A stretch of 64,000 nucleotides of DNA from Rhodospirillaceae bacterium (GCA_038127535.1 JAYPHU010000004.1:14232-78231), one strand, 5' to 3'; shown: positions 19,984 to 29,680, counted from the first letter of the stretch. Notes: generated by a model not told the origin, from the sequence alone. Numbers and translations are program-made.

Positions 19984-21165
19984 ATGTTCACGGCCACCAA
20001 AGACAAGCCGCTGCAAACCACCACGACCGGCGCCTTGCCGCGCCCGAGCTGGTTCACCGAGAACCTACGCGGCGTCCCGCTCTCCACCGGACTCGCCCGA
20101 AGCGCCTACCGGGAACAGCATTTTGACTGCCTCGCCTGTCATGTAGCGGCCCAACAGAAGGCCGGCATCGACATTCTGGTGGACGGAGACACTCGGCTGG
20201 ATGACGACGTGGCGGGACGGAGCTGGGTTAGCTACGCCTATGAACGGATCGACGGGATCGGTGAACCTCAGGTGGCCGTTCAACCCTACGCCGCCATGGC
20301 CGAAAAGGGCCCCGGCGATTACATCTGGGAAGTGATCGAGACCCGGCTCACCCCCGACGTGGAAGGCCCAATCGGCAAAACCGAGCTGCAGCTTGACCGC
20401 GCCTGGAAGGCGGTCGCCGCAATGACCGAGAAGCCGGTGAAGGTCGGTTCCATCTCCGCTCAAGTGGTTAGCCACATGGTCAACAACAAGCACTACTCCG
20501 ATCAGCGGGACTTGTTGCTGGCGCTCTCCGAAGCTCTCAATGCGGAGTACCACGCCCTGGCCGATGCCGGCGCACCCATGGTGCAGATTGAGGAGCCGTC
20601 GATCCATCAATCCATGCAAGTGCCCGGCCAGGAAGTCTCCGCCGAACAGTATGTGGAGGCGTTCAACATCGAGGTGAAGGGTCTGCGCGAGAAGACCGAG
20701 GTCTGGTGCCACACCTGCTGGGGCTCACCCGGCGCGCAGAAAATGTTCCCGGCCAGCGCCTCCTATGAGAAGGCGCTGCCCTATCTTGATCAATTGGACG
20801 TGGATGTGATCACGCTGGAGGGAGCGTCCAACAACGGCATGGATTTTGAGCATTACGGCTCAATGATTTCCAAGGACAAAAAGATCGCCGTCGGGGTGAT
20901 CAGTCACCGCACCCTACAGATCGAACGCCCGGAAGAAGTTGCCGATCTGATCCGTAAAGCGCTTAAGTATATCGAGCCGGAGCGGCTGATCCTCTCCAGC
21001 GACTGCGGCTTCGGTCGCCAAGCCGCCAGCCGCATGCACGCCTTCTACAAGATGGTGTCCATGGTGCGGGGCGCGAACATGGTCCGCAAAGAGCTCGGCC
21101 TGGACGAGGTCTACGTCCCCGCCGCCGATCCCGGCATCTCCATGGTGCCGTTGGCCGAGGGGTAG
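19984..21165 (+). CDS. Cobalamin-independent methionine synthase II-like protein (MetE catalytic domain only)
   Basis: TTTGALPRPSW, QQKAGIDILVDG, VQIEEP, Zn ligands WCHTCWG...LE...SSDCGFG. Confidence 0.85.
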   Translation: MFTATKDKPLQTTTTGALPRPSWFTENLRGVPLSTGLARSAYREQHFDCLACHVAAQQKAGIDILVDGDTRLDDDVAGRSWVSYAYERIDGIGEPQVAVQPYAAMAEKGPGDYIWEVIETRLTPDVEGPIGKTELQLDRAWKAVAAMTEKPVKVGSISAQVVSHMVNNKHYSDQRDLLLALSEALNAEYHALADAGAPMVQIEEPSIHQSMQVPGQEVSAEQYVEAFNIEVKGLREKTEVWCHTCWGSPGAQKMFPASASYEKALPYLDQLDVDVITLEGASNNGMDFEHYGSMISKDKKIAVGVISHRTLQIERPEEVADLIRKALKYIEPERLILSSDCGFGRQAASRMHAFYKMVSMVRGANMVRKELGLDEVYVPAADPGISMVPLAEG

Positions 21166-21171
21166 GCTCTC

Positions 21172-22371
21172 CTACACCTCGAAGATTTTCTGCGGGACCT
21201 TGTGGATGCTTTCGCCGGGGCCGTTGCCGCCGATGATGTAGTTGTCGCAGATCCACGAGTGAATGTTCGCCGTGTTGTAGTTCGGATGGCAGACGATGTT
21301 CATGTTCTCTTCGATGGTCATCGTCTCATCGAAGCGGATCAACGGCCGTTCCACCAGATCGTAGCCCTGACCGTGGCAATAGAGCCGTTCTTCTTCGGGT
21401 CGGCCGTTATCCTTCATGAACTTGTTGAAGGCGTGCCAGATATCGGCACAGGGCGTGCCGGGCTTCAACAAATCCAAAGTGAAGCGTTGCGCCTCCAGGG
21501 TGAACGCGTGCTCGTCATGGGATTCTTGCGGTGCTTTGCCGACGCAGATTGAGCGGCCGATCTCAGTGAAGAAGCCGCCGGCGCCGTTATTCTCCACCAG
21601 CATGTTGAACATATCCCCTTCCTTGATCACTCGGTTCTGATTGTGCCGGGGACCAAGCGCCGCCGGCTGGCCAGGCGTATAGGACTGGCAGAGATAAATC
21701 CCCTGCTCGCTGCCCAGGTTGTGGCCGACGTGCAGCGCGATGGCGGCGACGTCCGAGTCCTTCATGCCCGGCTTGATCTCCTTGATCACCGCTTCCATCG
21801 CGGCGTCCTGCTGAGCGGCCGTTCCCTTGATGAATTCGATCTCTTCCTCGCTTTTAATCACCTTGATCTGATCCATCATTTCCGACGCTTCCACATACGT
21901 TGCGTTGGGGAATTGGCGCTTCACGTAATCCACCAGCGCGAAAGACATCTGGTAGGTGCCGACCAGGCCGATGGTGCCGTTTTTAAAGGGCTCCAGCGCT
22001 TTGCAGGCGAGTTCCGGATCGTAGTCGCGGGTGTACGGCGCGGATTCATATGACGGCGTCGCCAGCATCCGCTTCGTGCCCCGGTGGAACCCGTCGCCGC
22101 CCTTGGGGTCCAATTCCCGGTCCATGCCGTGAGGGCCCTGGTTCACCTGGGTCATGAAGTCGTCCTTGGGGAACACGATGGTCACCGGATAGCCGTTAGT
22201 GGCCGGCAGGTCGGAGACGTACTTGGTATAGCCGCCCATGTAATCGTTGTTGTTCTGCATCAACAGAACATCGATGCCTTCTTTCTCCATGCCGGCACGG
22301 ATGGCGGCCCAGCGGCGCTCCATCTCCGCGTCGGAAATCGGTTTGTTCAGGCGTTCAGACATTTGGGCCAT
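21172..22371 (-). CDS. M24 (pita-bread fold) family protein, creatinase/prolidase-like with altered metal site
   Basis: IS.AEMERRW..IR..M...GIDVL, IKSEEEI, FTEIGRS, HGQGYDLVERP. Confidence 0.8.
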   Translation of the reverse strand: MAQMSERLNKPISDAEMERRWAAIRAGMEKEGIDVLLMQNNNDYMGGYTKYVSDLPATNGYPVTIVFPKDDFMTQVNQGPHGMDRELDPKGGDGFHRGTKRMLATPSYESAPYTRDYDPELACKALEPFKNGTIGLVGTYQMSFALVDYVKRQFPNATYVEASEMMDQIKVIKSEEEIEFIKGTAAQQDAAMEAVIKEIKPGMKDSDVAAIALHVGHNLGSEQGIYLCQSYTPGQPAALGPRHNQNRVIKEGDMFNMLVENNGAGGFFTEIGRSICVGKAPQESHDEHAFTLEAQRFTLDLLKPGTPCADIWHAFNKFMKDNGRPEEERLYCHGQGYDLVERPLIRFDETMTIEENMNIVCHPNYNTANIHSWICDNYIIGGNGPGESIHKVPQKIFEV

Positions 22372-22399
22372 GGTTTTCTCCTCCGGCGGCGGGCCGCGC

Positions 22400-23341
22400 T
22401 TAGCGCTCGACCACGTTAATCATGTTCTCAGGTTTACCGTCCACCCAGGCTCGAAGGTTAGGTTCGATGACGGTCAGAATGCGTTCGGCATACATATCGC
22501 TACGCCCGCCGACAAAGGGCGTGATGAATACATTGTCCATGTCCCATAGCGGCGAGTCGTCGGGTAGCGGCGATTCCTCAAAGACATCCAAGCCGGCGGC
22601 CGCGATCTTACCCTCATTCAGGGCGGCGATCAGCGCATCCTCGTCGACGACACCACCGCGCGCCACGTTGATCAGACACGCGTCGGGCTTCATCGCATCA
22701 AAGACGTCGGCGTTGATAATCTTGTGGGTTTCCTCGCTGTAAGGAACCAAAGCCACTAGGAAATCCGCGTCGGCCAGAGCTTCAGCCATATTGTCACGGG
22801 CGAAGACTTTGTTGATGCCGGGCACCGGCCGATCGGTGCGGGAAATGCCATAGACCGTCATGCCCAGAGCCTTGAACACGCCCGCCATATGTTCGCCGAT
22901 GGCGCCGAGCCCCAGGATGGCGACCGTTCTTGTGTCCAGCACCCTGGGCAGGAAACGGTCCCACACATGCTCTTCCTGGTTTTTGGTCAGCCGGCGCACC
23001 TGGCGATAAAGCGCCAGCATGTGCATCAGAGTGATCTCGGTCATTTGGGGACCGTGAATGCCGCGCCCATTGGTCAGAACAATATCCGTGCGGCCGCCCA
23101 ACGGTTCGACCAGATGATCAGTGCCGGTTATATTGCACTGCATCCATTTGAGGTTTTTCGCCCCGGCGGCCATCTCGGCGGTCAGCCAGCGGCCGATGGA
23201 TATGATAACTTCCGTCTCGGGTATATGGGGAGCGACTTCATCGCCATCGGTGGCGTAGGTGAAGTCCACGTCCGGAAAACTGGGTTCCAGGAAATTCTGG
23301 TATTTCTGGTATTCGTTATCGACGACGAGGACCTTGGTCAT
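22400..23341 (-). CDS. D-2-hydroxyacid dehydrogenase
   Basis: ILGLGAIG, LINVARGGVVDE, LDVFEESPLP..SPLW, ITPFVGG (the usual catalytic His of TPH is Phe here). Confidence 0.85.
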   Translation of the reverse strand: MTKVLVVDNEYQKYQNFLEPSFPDVDFTYATDGDEVAPHIPETEVIISIGRWLTAEMAAGAKNLKWMQCNITGTDHLVEPLGGRTDIVLTNGRGIHGPQMTEITLMHMLALYRQVRRLTKNQEEHVWDRFLPRVLDTRTVAILGLGAIGEHMAGVFKALGMTVYGISRTDRPVPGINKVFARDNMAEALADADFLVALVPYSEETHKIINADVFDAMKPDACLINVARGGVVDEDALIAALNEGKIAAAGLDVFEESPLPDDSPLWDMDNVFITPFVGGRSDMYAERILTVIEPNLRAWVDGKPENMINVVER

Positions 23342-23456
23342 CTCTCCCCTGCATTCCTTTATTGTGGGGGCAGTCTACTGAGCGGGATTGGGGCGTGGCA
23401 AGGCAATAGAGGCGGCGAACTTGCCGCCGAATGTGGATTGGGCGTATCCTCTCTTG

Positions 23457-23741
23457 ATGCGCTTGATCCTTCTCACCACATTTCTGCTTTTTGCGCTTAT
23501 GCCGGCTGCGCGGGCGAGCGACACATGCACTTGCCAGTATTTCGGCCAGCACCTGAAACTCGGCACCACGATCTGTATGAAATCCTGGAAAGGCCAGCGC
23601 ATCGCCACCTGAGGCATGACCCTCAACAATACCGCCTGGAAGATCAGTGACACGCCGTACGATCAGGTCGCCGCCAAGTCGCCGGCGCGCGATAACGCAT
23701 CGGTGGCGGTCGCCACCCTCGAAAAGCTTCTGAACAAATAA
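23457..23741 (+). CDS. Small secreted Cys-rich protein with in-frame TGA (23610-23612); selenoprotein candidate or pseudogene
   Basis: Signal peptide MRLILL...ARA, CTC..C, then IAT-TGA-GMTLNNTAWKI continuing in frame to TAA 23739-23741. Confidence 0.5.
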
Positions 23742-23750
23742 AAAATGAAA

Positions 23751-24110
23751 CTAGGGCGCAGCAACGACGCGGCTATAGGCGGCGCTGCCCCCCGGATGCA
23801 TATCAGCGAGGCTCCAAGTATCGTCCTGTCGTGCCAAAAGCCAATTTGTGTCTTCCAGACCGTCCGCGCTCTCGAATTCATGGAAGATGACATGCCGGGG
23901 CGCGCCTTCCGCCGCCAGATACCGCCGCACCCGGGCAAGAACCGCCACTTTTTCACAGGCCGGCAGGTATTCGGTGACAAACCAGATATTAAAAGCCTGG
24001 GCGTTTTGGGCCGCTAGACCAAACCGGTCAGAATGGATCACCGGGGCAAAGCCGGGTACACCGCCGGCAAGTTCGGGACCGGTCCAGGACAGCGTATACC
24101 GGTCGGGCCG
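23751..24110 (-). pseudogene. C-terminal remnant of an EthD/DUF4286-like alpha+beta barrel protein
   Basis: AFNIWFVTEYLP...VRRYLAAEGAPRHVIFHEFES; no credible start; 5' part overlapped by the receiver-domain ORF. Confidence 0.4.
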
Positions 24111-24487
24111 CCGAACACATTCGGATTACTGAAGGCGACGTCTACGATGGTGCAGACGTTGAAGGGCTTGGTGATGTAGCCGTCAAATCCGGCCTTTAGG
24201 TCCCGTTCGATGTCGAATGGCATGGCCGCCGCCGTCAGTGCCACGACGGGGATGTCCTTGGTGGTGAGATCGGCGCGCAACTGATCCAGAATTTCGTAGC
24301 CGTCGCAGTCGATCAACTTGAGATCAAGGAAGATCAAATCGGGATGGACCTTGCTGGCGTGCTCGAGCGCGGCTTCCGCACCGCTGACACAGGAAAGATT
24401 AACGGGATGCGCCCCGAGCACCTCTTCCATCAACAGAATATTGGTCTCGTCGTCCTCAACGTAGAGGATGTTTCGTTTCTCGGTTAT
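24038..24487 (-). pseudogene. Single receiver-domain response regulator, degenerate start and end
   Basis: ILYVEDD..N, PDLIFLD..L...DGYE, IPVVALTA.AM..D, AGFDGYITKPF. ATA stands where an ATG is expected; the C-terminus runs into the upstream-gene remnant. Confidence 0.6.
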
Positions 24488-24651
24488 TGAGTGGCCGCCC
24501 TTGTCGTCCGTTTGCCGATGGATAGACCTTACCGGCGGAACGGAACATGGGCATAAAGGCGCGGTGACACGCACATGGACGGATGTAACAAAGCCCAAAC
24601 TTTTTATGTCGAAAGCTTGATTACGGGCGGGAATCAACGTGAAAATACGCC

Positions 24652-25851
24652 ATGTCCCGCGATAAATTGAACTTTCTGTTTCTCAATATCGGTCATCTCT
24701 ACGACCACTACTTCGTTTTGATCTTTGCGACGGTGGCGGCGCTGACGCTCGCCAGTGAATGGAATATGAGCTACGCGGCGCTGATTCCCTACGCCACACC
24801 AGGCTTTATCGCCTTCGGCATGTTTGCCGTGCCGGTCGGCTGGATGGCCGACAAGTGGGATCGGCGGCACATGATGACGGTCTTTTTTATCGGCATCGGC
24901 GCAAGTGCCATGGCCACCGCCGCCGCAGAGTCGCCCCTGCAAATCGGCATCGGGCTCTTTTGCATCGGCACCTTCGCCGCCATCTATCACCCGGTCGGCC
25001 TCGCCCTTGTCGTGGAAGGCCAGACCAAGACCGGCGTGATTCTGGCGGTCAACGGCATCTGGGGCAATTTCGGCGTCGGCGTCGCGGCGATGGCGACCGG
25101 CATCCTGATAGATTTGGCGGGTTGGCGGGCGGCTTTTCTGGTTCCGGGCGCCCTATCCATCGCCACGGGACTCCTCTACGCGGTGTTTGTCAGCCGTGAC
25201 CCTGGAACGACGACTACGACAGACAAGAAAACCAAACCCTCCCTCGCCGGCGTTGAACGCCGCACGATCATTCATATCTTCGCCGTGATCTTTTTCTCCA
25301 CGGCCGTGGGCGGTCTGGCATTTCAAAGCACAACATTTGCGCTGCCGAAAATCTTCGACGAACGCCTAAGCGATATAGCCGGCACAGCCACCCTGGTCGG
25401 GACCTTCGCCTTTCTCGTTTTCACGGTCGCCGCCATCGCACAGTTGATCGTTGGTTATTTCACCGACCGCTATTCGGTGCGATGGGTGTTCGGTGCCTTG
25501 GCCGTCACGCAAGCTATATTCTACCTGGCCATGCAGGATCTGACCGGTTGGCCGGCGTTGATTGTCTCGGTCATCGTAATGATGGCCGTGTTTGGCCAAA
25601 TCCCCATCAACGACGTGCTGGTCGGACGTATCTCTACCGAGGAATGGCGCAGCCGCGTATTCGCCTTCCGCTATCTGGTGACCTTCACGGCTATGGCGTC
25701 CACCTTGCCGATCATCGCCTGGCTTCACGCCACATGGGGATTCACCGCCCTGTTCGGCGTGCTGGCCGCCGCGGCGACGGCCATGCTCTGCGCCGTGGTG
25801 ACCCTGCCGGGCTCTACCGTAATCACCGGAAAACCGGCGCCTGCGGAGTAA
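24652..25851 (+). CDS. MFS transporter
   Basis: About 12 hydrophobic segments; GWMADKWDRR, AAIYHPVG, GYFTDRY. Confidence 0.9.
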   Translation: MSRDKLNFLFLNIGHLYDHYFVLIFATVAALTLASEWNMSYAALIPYATPGFIAFGMFAVPVGWMADKWDRRHMMTVFFIGIGASAMATAAAESPLQIGIGLFCIGTFAAIYHPVGLALVVEGQTKTGVILAVNGIWGNFGVGVAAMATGILIDLAGWRAAFLVPGALSIATGLLYAVFVSRDPGTTTTTDKKTKPSLAGVERRTIIHIFAVIFFSTAVGGLAFQSTTFALPKIFDERLSDIAGTATLVGTFAFLVFTVAAIAQLIVGYFTDRYSVRWVFGALAVTQAIFYLAMQDLTGWPALIVSVIVMMAVFGQIPINDVLVGRISTEEWRSRVFAFRYLVTFTAMASTLPIIAWLHATWGFTALFGVLAAAATAMLCAVVTLPGSTVITGKPAPAE

Positions 25852-25854
25852 ATC

Positions 25855-27072
25855 CTAGAAGTAAGCCTCTCCCGGTCCGACGGTCGGTTCCCAATCGCAA
25901 TCGCCGAAGGGACCATCGCCGCCGTTCTTCACATAGGCGATCCGATCCTTGTTCGTTTTGCCTTCCACCATAGCCCGGTAAAGCCAGTCGACGATGTAGT
26001 GGTGGCAGTCTAGCCCGCCCAAGTTCGGAATGCCCCAGAGTGGGTGGAACTGATCTTCAATCACCCACATTTCCTTGTTCGTTGTCAGGTCTTGGTAGAC
26101 CTCGATCGCGTCTTCCAGCGGACACAAGGGATCGAACTCCCCGGTCACCAGCAGCGTCGGGCACTGCACTTTGTCCATATAGCCCTTCACCGTCATCTTT
26201 TCCGCCATGGCGTCGAATTCTTCTTCATCCTCCATGCCGGCCATGTACATGAACACCTGCTTAAAGCGCGGCGAGGATTGGGAGAAAATCGTGTTGTTCG
26301 GGTTGAAGCAGGCCACACCGCTGGCCAGGGCCGCCGGCCGGTGGTCATAGCTGGCGAGACGCAAGGACCAATAACTGCCCATGCTGACGCCGTAGACCCC
26401 GATCTTGTCGGAATCGATTTCTTCACGATTCTGCAGATAGTCCATCACCGCCGCGCCGGCGCGTTCGTAATTGTCGCCGACGGCCCGGATTTTCTGGATG
26501 TTGGAATTACCCTGGCCCGGCCCGTCCATGGAGAGGATATGCATGCCCCGGTTGATGGCCGGGTTGTTCATCACCTTGGGGAACGCCTCTTTCGTCTGAT
26601 CCATACCGGGCACATAGATCACGCAGGGCGCCTTGCGCCGGTCGGGCAGGAGGTGCAGCAGGCACGAGATAGTCTTGCCGTCATCGAAGGGCACCTCGAC
26701 CCGCTCGATCGGATAGGGCGCGGTCTCCGACCGCCGGTCGACCATCTCATTCAGCTTGGCGTAGGTGCTCAGCTTGACCGGGTTATCATCGTAAAAGATC
26801 GGGTGCTGAGACATGCGATAGGCTTCGATCGCATGGTCGTAATGCTCGGTCGCCGTGGCATTGAAGCCTTGCGCCTGGGCCTGTTTACCCAAAGCCTCAT
26901 CATGCTCTGCCTTTTGCCGCCACATTTTCGGCAGCATTCGGTAGTTGTGGGCGCGTTTCGGTGTCTCCCAATCGTCCCTTTCAAAGTTCTGCACGCGGCC
27001 CCGCATGTTAAGCGCAAGGTCCAGCATCCATTGCTGATTGTCGCGGCGTGTTCTGAGATTATTGACCGGCAT
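25855..27072 (-). CDS. Alpha/beta hydrolase, 2,6-dihydroxypseudooxynicotine hydrolase/FrsA-like
   Basis: PGMDQTKE, DGPGQG, nucleophile GVSMG, GEFDPLCP, QFH. Confidence 0.8.
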   Translation of the reverse strand: MPVNNLRTRRDNQQWMLDLALNMRGRVQNFERDDWETPKRAHNYRMLPKMWRQKAEHDEALGKQAQAQGFNATATEHYDHAIEAYRMSQHPIFYDDNPVKLSTYAKLNEMVDRRSETAPYPIERVEVPFDDGKTISCLLHLLPDRRKAPCVIYVPGMDQTKEAFPKVMNNPAINRGMHILSMDGPGQGNSNIQKIRAVGDNYERAGAAVMDYLQNREEIDSDKIGVYGVSMGSYWSLRLASYDHRPAALASGVACFNPNNTIFSQSSPRFKQVFMYMAGMEDEEEFDAMAEKMTVKGYMDKVQCPTLLVTGEFDPLCPLEDAIEVYQDLTTNKEMWVIEDQFHPLWGIPNLGGLDCHHYIVDWLYRAMVEGKTNKDRIAYVKNGGDGPFGDCDWEPTVGPGEAYF

Positions 27073-27309
27073 CTAGGCCTCCCCTGTGGTGTGTATGCAT
27101 GTTGGTCCGGACGAGATTGATCCCCAAATTCTGCCGGTTTACTGCGGGTTTTCAAGCAGCAATTGAATCAACATTAAGGAGAGCATCGTCCGGGACTATC
27201 GATTTCGGATACCCATAATGCAAACCGATCTGCGACTCGTCTACATATGATGAAACTCAAAAATATCTCTGTGTAAGTGAACGAACGGGAAAAACGAGGG
27301 CTCTTTGCG

Positions 27310-27540
27310 ATGTCTAGGTTAAAAACTGTTGCCATGATGGCCATAGGGGCCGTTTTGGCGTCCGCATTTCTGTTGCCGGCAATCGGCGCGCACGCCGCCA
27401 AGGCGATGGCCGCAGCTTTGAAGGGCAAGGTATCAAATTATCTCAGGGGCCTGAACTACGGTGAATGGACGAACTGGATCAAAACTGTCGACGGCGTGAA
27501 GCAGCAGCTCAACCGCCGGGTGGAAGTCATTTTCAAATAA
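27310..27540 (+). pseudogene. Signal peptide fused to the extreme C-terminus of an OmpA-like domain (internal deletion remnant)
   Basis: Hydrophobic N-terminus, then YGE....KT.DGVKQQLNRRVEVIFK, matching the OmpA_C terminal NRRVE motif. Confidence 0.5.
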
Positions 27541-27561
27541 CAGACTTCCAGCGAACACTGG

Positions 27562-27598
27562 AAAAGGCCTCGTCCCACCGGCGAGGCCTTTTTCTTTT
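27562..27598 (+). terminator. Rho-independent terminator, probably bidirectional
   Basis: AAAAGGCCTCG-loop-CGAGGCCTTTTT followed by more T; lies between convergent genes. Confidence 0.8.
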
Positions 27599-27639
27599 CT
27601 GCATATTTTGAGCGCTGCCCGGCCCGAAAGATGCCGAGA

Positions 27640-28764
27640 CTAGGCAAACTCCCGGCGGATGGCCTCGGAATTCTCGCCGATCGCCGGCACGCGGCCCAGC
27701 CGATCCAACGGTTCCCCCCGGACCTTGGCGGGCGGCGCTGGGATATCAGCTGGGCCAGTCTCTGTGTCCACGGTCACCCGGCGGAGATCACCGTGATTGG
27801 AGAGCCCCTCGATGGAGTTCACTCGGCCGAACGCGATCCGCACCGCCGAGAGCTTCTCCGCTAGCTCCGACGCCGTGTGCATTTTGAAGACCTCGGCGAT
27901 GTCCCGTTCCAGATCGGGCAAGTTAGCCACGCGGGAGATATTATCTTTATAAGGCCCCTCTTCAGCCAACTCCGGCCGCTCCAAAATATCCTTTGCAAAG
28001 ACCGCCCATTCCCGATTGTTCTGAACGGAAATGACAATCTTTTCACCGTCCCGGGTCTCAAAAAACGTGTATGGCGCGACGGATGGATGCCTGAGACCCA
28101 CCCGCCCTGGGGCCCTGCCGCCATAGTCCTGATGCAGCAGCGGCACCGCCATCCAGTCCGCCATGCCGTCGAACAAAGAACACGACAGCCCCTTCCCTTC
28201 GCCCGTCTGTTCCCGCTCCAACAAGGCCAGCAGGATCGCAGAGTGCGAGTACATACCGGCGGCAATGTCGCAGACTGAAACGCCCACCCGGCCCGGCTCC
28301 TGCGGTGAGCCGGTGATAGACGCCAATCCGGTCTCCGCCTGGACCAGCATGTCATAGGCCTTCATGTCCCGGGACGGCCCGTCCTCCGCATAGCCGGAAA
28401 TATCGCAAGTGATCAGCCGTGGGTATTGCGCGCGTAGTTCGTCGGAGTCGAACCCAGCCCTGGCCGCGGCGCCGGGCGCCAGGTTCTGCACGAACACATC
28501 CGCCTTCGCGATCATCCGGTTCAGTAAAGCCTTGTCGTCCGAATTCTTGATATCCAGCACCATGGACTCCTTGCCCCGGTTGAGCCAGACGAAGTAGCTG
28601 CTTCCCCCGTGGACCACATCGTCATAGCCCCGGGCGAAATCGCCGACATCCCGTTCAATCTTGATCACCCGCGCGCCGGCGTCGGCCAGCCGCGACGTGC
28701 AATAGGGCGCAGCGACCGCCTGTTCCAACGCGATGACGAGCACATTTTCCAGGGGCAATCCCAT
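27640..28764 (-). CDS. CaiB/BaiF family III CoA-transferase (itaconate CoA-transferase-like)
   Basis: LEQAVAAPYCT.RLAD.GARVIKIER..GDFARGYD, WLNRGKES, KAYD.LVQAE.G, DIAAGMY. Confidence 0.88.
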   Translation of the reverse strand: MGLPLENVLVIALEQAVAAPYCTSRLADAGARVIKIERDVGDFARGYDDVVHGGSSYFVWLNRGKESMVLDIKNSDDKALLNRMIAKADVFVQNLAPGAAARAGFDSDELRAQYPRLITCDISGYAEDGPSRDMKAYDMLVQAETGLASITGSPQEPGRVGVSVCDIAAGMYSHSAILLALLEREQTGEGKGLSCSLFDGMADWMAVPLLHQDYGGRAPGRVGLRHPSVAPYTFFETRDGEKIVISVQNNREWAVFAKDILERPELAEEGPYKDNISRVANLPDLERDIAEVFKMHTASELAEKLSAVRIAFGRVNSIEGLSNHGDLRRVTVDTETGPADIPAPPAKVRGEPLDRLGRVPAIGENSEAIRREFA

Positions 28765-28822
28765 GAGTGGTCCGTTTTTTTAGTGTACCTGGGCCATTAC
28801 CACTAATAAAGTGCTGCGCGTT

Positions 28823-29680
28823 ATGAAAGCGGAAAATATCAAGCCTCGGCGCTGCCTCCTCTACATGCCCGCCTCTCGTCTGGAGATCTATCCCAAGGCG
28901 GTGGCCAGCGGCGCGGACGTGGTATGCGTCGATTTGGAAGACGCCACAGCCGATGACGCCAAAGACGCCGTCCGGGCTGAGACCATCGCGCATTTCGCCG
29001 AGGATAAACCCGGTGGCACCGTCGAGCGTACCGTCCGGATCAACGGGCTGCGGACGCGGGAAGGCTTGGCGGACCTGATTGCGCTGGCCGAGGCCCCTGC
29101 CGCGCCGGACGGTATCCTGATCCCAAAGGTCAAGGCGGCGGAAGAAATTCGCATCGCGAGGGATATCCTGGCCCCGGTCCATCCCGATCTGAAGTTCCAC
29201 ATCCAGATCGAGACCAATGACGGGCTGAAGAACGCGCACGAAATCGCCAAGGCCAGTCACAAAGTGGCCTCATTGGTCTTCGGCGGGTTTGATATGAGCG
29301 CGTCCTTGCGGGTCGAGCCGGGCTGGGACGCGCTGCTCTATGCGCGCCAGTCCCTGGTTCACACAGCGGCCCGCGCCAATATCGATTTGTTGGACATGCC
29401 GTTCTTCGGCCTGGACGATCCGGATGGATTGGCCGCTGAGACCACTCGCGCGCGGGACATCGGATTTACCGGCAAATGCGCAATCCACCCCAAGCAGGTG
29501 GAGATTATCAACACCGCCTTCACCCCAGACGCCGACGAGGTCGCCCGCGCCAAGGACCTGATCGCCAAGTTCGAGGCACGGGATCAGGCCTTCACCATCA
29601 TCGACGGGGTGATCATGGAGAAGCCCGTGGTCGAACGGCTCTACCGGACCATCGCCATCGCCGACAGGCTCCAGGACTAA
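28823..29680 (+). CDS. CitE/HpcH family CoA-ester lyase (citramalyl-CoA lyase-like)
   Basis: RRCLLYMPA, VDLEDA, VRING, IPKV, QIET..G, GFTGKCAIHPKQ. Confidence 0.88.
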   Translation: MKAENIKPRRCLLYMPASRLEIYPKAVASGADVVCVDLEDATADDAKDAVRAETIAHFAEDKPGGTVERTVRINGLRTREGLADLIALAEAPAAPDGILIPKVKAAEEIRIARDILAPVHPDLKFHIQIETNDGLKNAHEIAKASHKVASLVFGGFDMSASLRVEPGWDALLYARQSLVHTAARANIDLLDMPFFGLDDPDGLAAETTRARDIGFTGKCAIHPKQVEIINTAFTPDADEVARAKDLIAKFEARDQAFTIIDGVIMEKPVVERLYRTIAIADRLQD

